Positions 17,118-27,924 of a stretch of DNA of 64,000 bases are shown piece after piece. The DNA comes from Chitinophagaceae bacterium (GTDB taxonomy: Bacteria; Bacteroidota; Bacteroidia; Chitinophagales; Chitinophagaceae): positions 45,531 through 109,530 of the forward strand of contig JANPZZ010000010.1 in assembly GCA_024707305.1 (NCBI GenBank). The letters are read 5' to 3'. The position numbers and the translations under genes are program-made. Position 1 is the stretch's first letter; the number at the start of each line of letters is the position of its first letter. The notes beneath the pieces are model-generated. The model was not told where the DNA came from. It worked only from the letters and a program-made list of their open reading frames with translations, and made no database searches.

Positions 17118-20100
17118 ATGTTATTACCTCCTGACCACTCATTACAGGAAAAATATAAACGCTGGTCCTATTACCTGCAGGTAGTCCTTATACTCCTGCC
17201 GATTCTGGTATTGCTGGGATGGCAATTTGAAATTCCCGTCCTGCGTAGAATGGGTTCTCCTGTCATTGGTATGGCGCCCATTACCGCAGTTTGTTTGTTG
17301 CTGGGCGCATTTTCGCTTTTGTTTATTCATTCAAAACCTGATAAACGATCTTATCAAAAAACGGGTTTGATATTCGCAGTTATTCTCCTCCTTATATCAC
17401 TCAATCGCTTTTTTGGAGAGTTTACAGGTTGGGATTTGCCATTGGATACATTGCTGTATGCAGAGCAAATGAATATACTGTCGGCCCAAAAAAATAGCAT
17501 CAATCGGCTTAGCCTCAATAATTCATTTTGCTTTTTGCTGATTGCCATTTCCCTGGTGCTGGCTTATAAAAAAACGGAGAAGTGTTATAGAATTGCGCAA
17601 TACCTGATATTGATGTTAGGTCTCATCAGCCTGATGTACCTGCTTAGTTATCTCTATCAAAATCCGCGATTTTTAGGTATGATGCGTATCATGCCAATGG
17701 CATTGAATTCAGCAGCGGGGTTTTTTATTTTCAGCTTTGCCTTTTTCTATGCCTGGCCCGACAGAGGATTGATGCGACAGATCACCACACGCCTCAGTGG
17801 AAGCCTTACCGCCAGGGTGTTGTTGCCGGCAGCAATCCTGTTGCCATCGTTTTTTGGGTTACTTCGCTTATGGGGTTACTGGCGCGGATTTTATGATAAT
17901 GAATTTGGCGTAACGATCCTTTCTCTCTTTACGATTATTACCATCATCGGTATTGCCTGGTTCACCGCCGTATCGTTGAATAAAAGAGAACTGGAACAAC
18001 TACGGATCCGTAAGCAACTGGTGGATCGCCAGCAGGAGATCAATGCCATTTTCCAAAATGCACCTGATGCAGTAGTGATACTCGACAGCAAAGGTCTTGT
18101 TGTTAAATGGAACCCTGAAGCAACGCGGCTCTTTGGCTGGAAAGAACATGAAGTGGTAGGCGGAGACCTTGGTGATTATATTATTCCGGAAGAGCTACGC
18201 GAAAAACACAGATCAAGTCTCGCCAATTATAATAGAGAAGGGAAAAAATACAATCATCGGTAATACCATCGACCTGTGGGCCGTAAAAAGAGACGGCACA
18301 CCAGTGGATATCGCCATCAGGATATCACCATTTGACCTGGAGGGAAAAACATTCTTTATCAGCTTTATCCGCGACATTACCCAGAAAAAACAACTTGAAG
18401 ACCGGCTTAAGACTTTCAACGAAGAACTATCAACACAGGTAAAGGAAAAAACAGAAGAACTTACTGATATTCTCGATCGTATCACCGATGGATTCATTGC
18501 CGTGGATCGTGATTTTGTTTATACTTATGCCAATAAAAAAATTGGTGAACTTACTGGTATAGATCCCAAAGAGATGATAGGACGCCGCGTATGGGATGTT
18601 TTTCCCGATGCAGTAGGGTCTGAAACCTTTAAGGCTTTTAAAAAAGCCATGCATACGCAAACATTTGTTTCCAATACCGACCATTTTCAACCTTTGAATC
18701 TCTGGCAGGAGAATCATATTTATCCATCGAGCAGGGGTCTTTCCGTTTTTATTCGTGATATCTCTGAAAAAATGCGCACCGAAAAAGAGATGGATAAAGT
18801 GAGATCAATGGCCGATACATTGATCGATAGCCTGCCGGGTGTGTTTTATTTCTACGACCAAAATGGAACGTTCATACGGTGGAACCGGCAATTTGAAATT
18901 GTGACTGGTTATTCCGGCGAAGAAATCGCAAAAATGCATCCCTCACAATTCTTTGCCGATGACCAACAGGAATATATTGCCGACAGAATACAGGGTGTAT
19001 TCGAAAAAGGAGCCAATGATGCAGAAGCTGATTTAGTACACAGGGATGGAACACGCACACCACATTTCTTCAAAGCCACACTTGTAATGTACGATGGTAA
19101 GCCATGCCTGTTAGGAACCGGAATCGACATGACAGAGAAACGACAGGCAGAAGAATTCCTGAAAATGTCGGAGTTGAAATATCGACTCCTCTTTTCAGCC
19201 AACCCGTTAGCCATGTGGATGCTGAGCCTGCCTGAATATAAAATCATTGAAGCCAACGATTCGGCATTAAAACAATACGGATACGAAAGGGAGGAGTTTT
19301 TGGATTTGGATGTAGCGAAACTGTATTCAACCGAAGACCTGGAAAAATTGAAAGAACAGACCAACATCAGTTTCCGGGGCATTCACTATGCTGGCGTATG
19401 GCGACATATGCGCAAAGATGGTAACGTTATTTATGTTAATATTGTTACGCACGACACCTGGTACGAGGGGCGCGCGGTTAGACTGGTACTGGGAAATGAA
19501 ATTACTGAACAATACCTGGCCGAAGAGCGATTGAAAGAATCCTATTCCAGCATTAAGCGTTTAACAGAGCACTTAAACAGCATTCGTGAACAGGAGCGTT
19601 TACATATTGCCCGCGAAATTCATGATGAACTGGGCCAGTTGTTGACCGTATTAAAGATGGATGTTTCCTGGTTAAACAGAAAACTGAAGTCCGAAGAGGG
19701 CCCTATTAAAGATAAACTCACTGATTTATCGGCATTGTTGGACACGACAGTAAGAACGGTACGCAGGATCAGCTCCGAATTGCGGCCCAGTCTTATTGAT
19801 GACCTTGGCCTGGTGGCTGCAATGGAATGGCATATGGATGAGTTTAGCAAACGCTCGGGAGTCATTTGTTCTGCCGAGTTCCCTGATACAGAACTGATAC
19901 TCTCAGACAGTGTGAAGATTGGTCTTTACCGGATTTTCCAGGAATCATTGACAAATGTGGGTCGGCATGCCGAAGCAAAAAATGCGCACATAGTGTTGCG
20001 AAAAACACAGAATCAATTAATTTTAACGATTCAGGATGATGGAATAGGATTTGATGAAACAAAGAGAAACAAAAAAGACTTTGGGATTGATTGGTGCCCG

Positions 20101-20215
20101 TGAACGTGCAGAAGGAATTGGCGGCACTTATTCCATAACGGGAGAACCCGGAAAAGGAACACTGGTAAAAGTGGTGATTACATTGTCCGAATCAGGCGAA
20201 AAAAATTCTAACTAA
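17118..20215 (+). pseudogene. membrane-anchored multi-PAS sensor histidine kinase (HisKA_3 type), frameshifts at A6 runs 18243-18248 and 20071-20076
   Basis: The N-terminus is a multi-pass membrane domain, followed by several PAS segments, the H-box HIAREIHDELGQLLTVLKMD and an ATPase domain. The out-of-frame tail reads TLGLIGARERAEGIGGTYSITGEPGKGTLVKVV up to the stop at 20213-20215. Confidence 0.8.
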
Positions 20216-20222
20216 GACTGCC

Positions 20223-20852
20223 ATGTTAAAAATTCTTATTGCGGATGACCATGCCATTGTGCGCCGTGGACTCAAACAGATTCTTCTTGAAGAGTATCCT
20301 TCTGCGCGTGTGGGAGAAGTTGCAGATGCGGAAAGCCTGGTGACCGAAGTGGTAACCAATGATTGGGAAATTATCATTTGCGATATGAATATGCCGGGTC
20401 GTAGCGGGCTTGATGCTTTAAGTCAGATCAAACAGATCGCTCCGCATATTCCTGTATTAATCATGAGTATGTATCCTGAAGATCAGTATGCGCTGCGTGT
20501 GTTGAAGGCCGGCGCGTCTGGTTATCTTGGAAAGGAAACCATTCACGAGCATATCATCAAAGCCATACAAACGGTGCAGTTGGGTAAAAAAATTTATTAC
20601 CCCTGCTGTTGCCGAAAAACTCGCCGATGCGGTGCGTGAGACAGCGAAAAGGAACCCCATGAGTTGCTTTCGGACCGCGAATTCGACGTATTTAAGCTGC
20701 TCGCCTCGGGCAGTTCCGTTTCAGAAATAGCCAACCAGCTCTCATTAAGCACTACCACCGTAAGCACCTACCGTACCCGCATCCTGAGCAAGATGAACAT
20801 CCGATCCAATGCCGACCTCACCCGGTATGCCCTGGAACGGAAACTCATTTAA
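20223..20852 (+). pseudogene. NarL/FixJ (LuxR-type) response regulator, two frameshifts (A7 run 20586-20592 and ~20655)
   Basis: Receiver domain (ILIADDHAIVRRGL .. ICDMNMPGRSG) plus an HTH read in other frames (LSDREFDVFKLLASGSSVSEIANQLSLSTTTVSTYRTRILSKM). Confidence 0.8.
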
Positions 20853-20871
20853 GGCGCAGGAAAATGAATCA

Positions 20872-20889
20872 TGTAGAATAAACTCTACA
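20872..20889. promoter_or_regulatory. TGTAG-N8-CTACA palindrome (candidate operator), site 1
   Basis: tgtagaataaactctaca lies about 95 nt upstream of the receiver gene at 20984. A related TGTACG-N14-CGTACA palindrome lies at 20939-20964. Confidence 0.4.
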
Positions 20890-20983
20890 GAATTATAAAA
20901 TGGCCTGCTACATCTGTTTTTTTGAATCGTAACTATCTTGTACGCGGCACTGTCTCCACGTACAGGCACTGAACATAACCAAT

Positions 20984-21349
20984 ATGCTCAAAATCCTTGT
21001 CGCTGATGATCACGAAGTTGTTCGGCAAAGCTTAGTAAAGTTCCTGGTCGAAGAATTTTCGCCTGTGGAAATACAGGAGGCTGCCGATGCGGATTCCCTT
21101 ATCGCGCTGGAATCAGGCGGTGGCTGGGACGTTATCATTTCCGACCTCGCCATGCCCGGTGGTGGTGGAATGGAAGCATTACGTGTTATTCGCAGCAAAG
21201 ATTCAACCGTGCCTTTTATTGTAATCAGCACATATCCACCCGAGCAATATGAAAGTCGCGTGCTCAAAGCAGGCGCCCAGGCATACATCAGTAAAGATGA
21301 ACTTCCCAATGCACTGATCAGGGCTGTAAAAACACTGCTGCCCCGATAA
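20984..21349 (+). CDS. stand-alone response regulator receiver protein
   Basis: 121-aa ORF containing only a REC domain (ILVADDHEVVRQSL .. ISDLAMPGGGG .. KAGAQAYISK). It is a close paralogue of the receiver domain of the 20223 gene. Confidence 0.8.
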   Translation: MLKILVADDHEVVRQSLVKFLVEEFSPVEIQEAADADSLIALESGGGWDVIISDLAMPGGGGMEALRVIRSKDSTVPFIVISTYPPEQYESRVLKAGAQAYISKDELPNALIRAVKTLLPR

Positions 21350-21491
21350 TCTTTCTCCAGGTTTCCGGTTGTTTTCAAAGTCAACCCAACTGCGTTATCA
21401 TTTTATAGAACGATAAACCGGCTGTTCGTATCGTGATACGAAAAATTATACAGCAGAAAATGCAACCTCTTAATAACACTAAGTAAATACC

Positions 21492-21509
21492 TGTAGTAAA
21501 TTAACTACA
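21492..21509. promoter_or_regulatory. TGTAG-N8-CTACA palindrome (candidate operator), site 2
   Basis: tgtagtaaattaactaca lies about 112 nt upstream of the receiver gene at 21621, in an AT-rich intergenic region. Confidence 0.4.
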
Positions 21510-21620
21510 AATAAAATACTTCGATACATACATAACATTCTTCTTCTTTTCTATTGATTTTAAGGCGCGTTAGCCTTTTCTTTGTTGTAGGTTAAGCTTT
21601 TTTATTTTCAATACCCTAAT

Positions 21621-21998
21621 ATGAGAAACAGTAAGGTTTCGGTTCTGATTGTTGACGACCACGCCTATTTCGCAAAGAGCATGAAAAACATGCTTGACGA
21701 AGTGGAGGAAATTGATTCTGTGGATCTCGCACTCAATTTTAATGATGGACTCCGTATGCTGGAGGCCCAGCAGCACGACGTTGTTCTACTCGACATTAGC
21801 ATGCCCGGCAAAAACGGGTTGGATCTGCTTCAGGAAATTCAAAACAAATCGCTGGACTGTACGGTCATCGTTTTATCAAACATGTCTGCTAATTATTACA
21901 GACAGGAATGTAAGCGACTCGGTGCAAGTTATTTTCTCGATAAATCCTGTGAATTTGATTTAGTGCCGGGAATTATCAGTTCGGTGCAGCTTAACTAG
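21621..21998 (+). CDS. stand-alone response regulator receiver protein
   Basis: 125-aa ORF with a REC domain (VLIVDDHAYFAKSM .. LLDISMPGKNG .. LGASYFLDK). Confidence 0.8.
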   Translation: MRNSKVSVLIVDDHAYFAKSMKNMLDEVEEIDSVDLALNFNDGLRMLEAQQHDVVLLDISMPGKNGLDLLQEIQNKSLDCTVIVLSNMSANYYRQECKRLGASYFLDKSCEFDLVPGIISSVQLN

Positions 21999-22049
21999 CA
22001 TAAATACAGACTCAAAAAATCCAAACCGAAATTAGCGAAAAACAGGAGA

Positions 22050-24250
22050 ATGAAAAAAAGCTGGAGTACTCTCAAACGAATCATCCAGGACTCACGCGCA
22101 GGAAGGGAATTGTTTCTCTCATTGATTGACGAAAAAGGTATCATTCGCTCAGCCAATGCGAGTATGCTGCGTAATCTTGAGATAGCTGACCCTCGTCAGA
22201 CTGCTACTAATTTTTTTCGATCTCGTACATCCTGTTAACCTCACTGATCTTCATAAAAAACTGGCTGACGCCCGTTTTCATGAGCGTCCGGTAGAAATCG
22301 AACTCTATATTCGCAATGGCCACTACCATCCAATGAAGTGGCAGATCAACCGACTTGTTGAACCCAACAACGAAGACACTACCTACTTTTGCCTGGGTTA
22401 TAAAATTCTCGATACAGAACGCCAGAACCGTTTTAATTCACTTGTTAGAAATCACTGTCAGTTAATCATTGAAGGATTGACAGGCGTATTATTTCAGGAT
22501 TCTACGGGTGAGCTGATTGCCGCCAACCAGAAACTGGCTTCCATGTTTGAAACAACACTGGAAAAACTGTATTGCATTAAAAATGTTGCATCGCTGTGGG
22601 ATAATGAATGGGCAATTGAAGATGAAAATGGCGCTACTGTCCCATTTGAAGAATCACCATTTCGTTTAACACAAAAAACCGGACAGTCGCATCGCAAGAC
22701 GATCGTGGTTACTTTACCCAATGGCAATAAGCACTGGCTTTTATTCAACAGCCAGATTTTAGCGGAAGAAGAAGAAAACGGTTTGCCCTTTGTGGTTTCC
22801 AGCGTTATTGACATCACGCGTGAACGGAAATTACATACTGAACTAAAAGACGGCGAACACCTGATGAAAGCATTTTTACAGGAGACGCCAAATCCTGCCT
22901 GGGTAATTGATGAAGATGAAACACTCCTCTTTGCCAGTAAAGCTTTTCTTGAACATTTCAATATAAAAGAAGCGGATGCGATTGGAAACAAAGTAACACA
23001 TTTGGTTCCGCCATCTATTTCGGAAGCTTTGTATAAGGATCACCTCGAAGTGTTATACAGCGGCAACCCACTACAAATTACACGGCAGTTGGAGCTTGCA
23101 ACAGGTCAGAATATCGTAACACTCATTAACATTTTCCCTATCAATATGCCTTCAGGTAGAAGGTTATTGGGCGGGCAGTCGGTAAGCCTCGCCGAAAAAA
23201 CGAAGCTGGAAAAAGAATTAATGCGGGCGCAGGAGCGTCTTTGGACCCTGAACCGTGCCACTTCCGATGCTATTTGGGAATGGGACATGCAAAATGGCCA
23301 GATCTTCCGCAATGAAACATTGATGGAAATGATCGGCTACCAACCCGACAATAGTCGTGGACTTTCCTGGTGGTTGCGGCGCATACATCCTGAAGACAGG
23401 AACCGTGTTGCCGACAAAGTGAAGGAAGCTACTGATCACTTACAACCGTCATGGCAGGATTCATATCGCTTTAAATGCGCAGATGGATCCTACAAATTTG
23501 TACAGGATCGTGGTTTTGTTGTGTATGAGAATGGCCTGCCGGTAAAAATGATCGGATCACTCCAGGATATTTCTGCTATCAAAGAACTGGAAACCAAACT
23601 CAACGACGAGCGTCTGCATCGCCAGAAAGAAATTTCTGAAACGGTCATTCAGGTTGCTGAAGATGAGCGTACCAAGCTGGGTCATGAACTGCATGATAAT
23701 GTAAACCAGGTACTGAGTACAGCGAAACTTTTTGTGGATATGCTGGCTGTATCAAGCCCCGATCAACAAACACTAAAAGATAAAGGCACTGACTATATCA
23801 CGCTGGCTATTGAAGAAATCCGTAAACTTTCCCGCGATCTCGTGGCACCACAATTGAAAGAAGAAAAAACTTTCAGATAGTGTACGGTTGCTGGTACAGG
23901 ATATTGAGATGGCACATGATATGGAGATTGTTTTTGAGAGTGATGCCGATACAGAAGTGCTGAGCAAAGGTAAAAAAGTAATGCTGTTCCGTATTGTACA
24001 GGAGCAGTTAAAGAATATTATCAAACACAGCGGGGCTACCTGCACAATCATTCTCCTACGCCGTAAAAGCGAGTTTGTTGAACTGCGAATTTCCGATAAT
24101 GGAAAAGGCTTTGATCCCACCCAAACACACCGTGGCATCGGCCTAAGTAACATTTACGAGAGAACTAAATTCTACAATGGTAATGTTGATGTTGAAGCTG
24201 CGCCGGGCAAAGGTTGCACGATTTCTGTATCAATTCCTGTAGAGGAGTAA
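22050..24250 (+). pseudogene. cytoplasmic multi-PAS sensor histidine kinase (HisKA_3 type), frameshifts at T7 run ~22205-22212 and A6 run ~23862-23870
   Basis: Three fragments read through (22050..22238, 22333..23880, 23888..24250). They carry PAS segments, the H-box HELHDNVNQVLSTAKLF and ATPase motifs (DNGKGFD .. GIGLSNIYERT .. APGKGCT). Confidence 0.8.
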
Positions 24251-24355
24251 ATGATTTTTTGCTAAATCCGGGAAGAACAACTTTTTGTATTTATTGTTAA
24301 ATGCATTTACTTCAATTAAATCCGGTTTGTACCGGTTCATTGAAAACGTAATTGC

Positions 24356-25438
24356 ATGCTGAAAAAAATCAACCTTCCTGTCTGGTCAATCTCATTGCCT
24401 GTTGTGGGTATCATTCTGATGCTGCTCGCATCTTCCTGGAGCGGCACTGTCATGAATCTTGTAATGACCGCAGGCCTGGTGGGTGTGGTGCTCGCCGCTG
24501 TACACCATGCCGAAGTGGTGGCTCACCGTGTGGGTGAACCCTTCGGAACGTTGATCCTTGCCGTTGCTATTACGATTATTGAAGTTTCCCTGATCGTTTC
24601 AATTATGCTCACCGAAGGTGAATCAGCTGCCGCGCTTGCGCGCGATACTGTATTTGCTGCGGTGATGATCATCCTTACGGGCATGGTAGGTTTATGCCTG
24701 CTGGTTGGCGGATATCGTTATCGCGAACAGGTTTTTGTAAAAGAAGGCGTAAGCGCAGCGTTGATTGTACTTACGGCCATTTCGGTACTTACGCTGATTC
24801 TTCCCAATTATACCACGTCGGTTGCAGGTCCTTATTATAGCAAAAGCCAGTTGATTTTTGTTGCGATCGTATCTTTTGTGTTATATGGCGCTTTCATTAG
24901 TATGCAGACGATCCGGCACCGTGATTATTTCCTGCCAGCCACACGTATTGAAGATGAAGAGGAACACGCTGCCCCGCCCAGCAACCTTACAACTTTTACC
25001 AGCCTCGGGTTACTGATGGTTTCCCTGGTTGCCGTGGTTTTGCTGTCGAAAAAACTTTCTCCTGCGCTCGAACTACTGGTAGCAGACATGGGCGCACCCA
25101 AAAGCCTCGTGGGCGTACTGATTGCAACGGTAATCCTGTTGCCCGAAGGAATGGCGGCTTTGCGCGCAGCAAGGCTCAACCGTTTACAAACAAGTCTTAA
25201 CCTCGCATTGGGCTCGGCCCTTGCATGTATCGGGCTCACTATTCCCGCCGTTGCAATTGTATCGCACGTGCTGGACTTCCCCATTACATTGGGCATCGAT
25301 ACAAAATCGACAGTTCTGTTTATAACATCTCTGCTTGTGTTGAAACTCTTCCTGGGAGCGGGGCGAAGTAATATCCTACAGGGAATTGTACTGCTGGTGC
25401 TGCTGGCAACCTATTTCTTTATTACAATCGTTCCGTAA
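24356..25438 (+). CDS. ChaA-type calcium/cation:proton antiporter (CaCA family)
   Basis: 360-aa polytopic ORF with a conserved alpha-repeat (HAEVVAHRVGEPFGTLILAVAITIIEVSLI) and a second repeat (ATVILLPEGMAALRAA). Confidence 0.7.
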   Translation: MLKKINLPVWSISLPVVGIILMLLASSWSGTVMNLVMTAGLVGVVLAAVHHAEVVAHRVGEPFGTLILAVAITIIEVSLIVSIMLTEGESAAALARDTVFAAVMIILTGMVGLCLLVGGYRYREQVFVKEGVSAALIVLTAISVLTLILPNYTTSVAGPYYSKSQLIFVAIVSFVLYGAFISMQTIRHRDYFLPATRIEDEEEHAAPPSNLTTFTSLGLLMVSLVAVVLLSKKLSPALELLVADMGAPKSLVGVLIATVILLPEGMAALRAARLNRLQTSLNLALGSALACIGLTIPAVAIVSHVLDFPITLGIDTKSTVLFITSLLVLKLFLGAGRSNILQGIVLLVLLATYFFITIVP

Positions 25439-25449
25439 TTATCGCGCGG

Positions 25450-27277
25450 CTATTTGATTTCGATCGGCGTTTCAATATTCATAGATGCTACCAGCTCGCA
25501 GCCATTACCCAGCGATGAAATCACCTGGATATCACCGTTGAAAAGTGATGCCCTTGTCTTCATATTCATCAAACCAACACCTCCGGTTTTTAATTGCGGG
25601 TCAAATCCTACACCATCATCTTTAATGGAGAGCGTAATACGTTCGCCATCCGATTGAAGCCGCACAGAAACAGATTTTGCCTGTGCATATTTAAGAATAT
25701 TATTGAATTGTTCCTGTACAATCCGGTAAATGGTAAGTTTCAGTTTATCTGAAAGTTTCGATTCATCCACGCCCTGGTATTGACGTGTAATCGCGAGCCC
25801 ACTGGTGCGGCGTGTGATGGCGACAATATCATCCAGTGCTTCCAGCAATGCAGATTCATTGAGCGAAGGCGGTATCAGCGAATGAGAAAGATTTCTGATT
25901 TCATCAATGGCCCTTGTAATTAATTTATCCGTTTCGTCTACAAAAGAACCTTGTTCTGGCACAGAAGACTTCACCAGTCCAAGATATAAACGAGCACTTG
26001 CCAGCACCTGGTTAATATTATCGTGCAACTCAATTCCAATTTCCCTGCGTTCATGTTCCTGTGCAGATAGTACAGCATCAGTTACCATTTGTTGACGCGC
26101 CAGTCGTTCCGCATCCAACATTGCTTCCAGCTCCAGCTTTTCGGTTACATTTTGTTCCATTAGAAATGCAGCATGTGCGCCGGTGTAAGTTACCAGGTGT
26201 GCATGATACTCCATCATCATCACCTGCCCATCACGTCGAATGCGGCGGGAGATGCCTTTATTGCTTACGGCACTTTCCTTATTCTCGCCCAGCAATACTT
26301 TCTTTATTTCTTTTACAAAACCCGGGTCGGCCATAATGCTGCTAACCGGCAAACCCCTGAACTGTTCGCGCGTATAGCCGTACTCTTTTTTCTGCAGTTT
26401 CATTTACCTGCAGGATTAATTCCGATTCAATATCCCAAACAACAATTGATGCCGGCGACACTTCAAAGAGATTACGATATCGTTCTTCGGAAAGTTTTAA
26501 CCTGTCTTCGGCATTTTTACTCTCTGTAATATCCCAGAATGTAAGCACCAGCGAGTTCACCTGCTCATCGTTCAACATATTGGTGATACTCTTCTCACAC
26601 CATATGTACCGACCATTTGCATGTCGCTCACGCACTTCTACATTTACCTGTTGATTGGGGTTGGCCAGGCTATTGGATATAGCATTGCGCAGCAGTGAAA
26701 TGTCTTCAGGATGTACAAAATCAAATACATGTTTTCCTATAAGATCGGCTTCGTCGTAACCTTTGATAGTTTTTACCGAATGAGTACAAAAAGTGAATTT
26801 GCCTTCTGGTGTGATGAGTGCTTTTGCGGTAGGACTGTTATCAGTAATCAATCTAAACAGTCGATCTTTCTTCGTCATTGCCTGGCGTGCGCGGCTCCGT
26901 TCAATACTGTATCGAATGCTTTTAACCAGTAGCGGACCGTTGATCTGGTCTTTTACAAGGTAATCCTGTACGCCCATCTTCAAACTGTCTACTCCGTATT
27001 GTTCATGTTCAATACCCGTCAATACAATGATCGGTGTATTCGGCTGAAGGGGCAGCATGGTTTTGAGTGAATCAAGTCCTGAACTATCGGGAAGGGTAAG
27101 ATCGAGAAGAATAACATCAAGCTGCTCATTTTGCGCGAGCCGGGTAGCTTCAGCAAGACTGCTTGCATGAAAGAGTAATGGCAACCAGGGACCTTCTTTG
27201 AGGTATTCGCCTACCAGGAAATAATCGCCGGGATTATCTTCCACTATTAGTAAACGCAACTTTCCTTCTCTCTCCAT
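25450..27277 (-). pseudogene. hybrid receiver-PAS-histidine kinase (HisKA_3 type), one frameshift at T6 run 26386-26391
   Basis: ORF 26342..27277 has REC (LLIVEDNPGDYFL .. LLDLTLPDSSG) plus PAS. ORF 25450..26403 has PAS, the H-box GIELHDNINQVLASARLY and an ATPase domain. Confidence 0.8.
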
Positions 27278-27278
27278 T

Positions 27279-27710
27279 TTACTTTTTTACTGGTAATTGT
27301 ACAATGCTGATCCAAAATTCTTCGATGGAGCGGATTACCTTTGTAAACTTTTCAAAATCCACGGGCTTGGTAATATAACAATTGGCAAAGGATGCATAAA
27401 CATCGGAAATGTCTTTTTCCGAAGATGAAGTAGTAAGTACAACGACCGGTATTAATTTAAACTGGTCGTGACTTTTAATATACAACAGCACTTCTTTCCC
27501 GTCCATCCTGGGCAGATTGATATCCAGAAGAATGATGTCGGGCAGGGTTGCATTCAAATAAGGACCCTGTTGGTGTAGATATTGCAGCGCTTCCTCGCCG
27601 TCTCTTACCACCTGAATAGAATTCTTCAGCTTACCATCCTTGAATGCTTCCAGCGTCAATACAATGTCGCCTTCATTATCTTCCACGAGTAATATGTGCA
27701 CAGGAGTCAT
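27279..27710 (-). CDS. stand-alone response regulator receiver protein
   Basis: 143-aa ORF with a REC domain (ILLVEDNEGDIVL .. LLDINLPRMDG .. ANCYITKP). The gap to the downstream hybrid kinase is 1 nt. Confidence 0.85.
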   Translation of the reverse strand: MTPVHILLVEDNEGDIVLTLEAFKDGKLKNSIQVVRDGEEALQYLHQQGPYLNATLPDIILLDINLPRMDGKEVLLYIKSHDQFKLIPVVVLTTSSSEKDISDVYASFANCYITKPVDFEKFTKVIRSIEEFWISIVQLPVKK

Positions 27711-27924
27711 AATGATAAATATTGCCCAGTTAGTTTGCGCGGTAATCTAAGGAATCTATTTCCTAATAACAAAGTTTCTGTTACCAAAAGTTGGCAGGAT
27801 CTGATTGCTGGCCATAGTTCCGGATTATTCTCGTTTGGTAGATGCAGGTGCGGAACCCACATGCCAGTTCTCTTAATTGCAGCAATGCAAGTGCCAGATT
27901 TTGCAGGCACCCGATACAGAGCAA

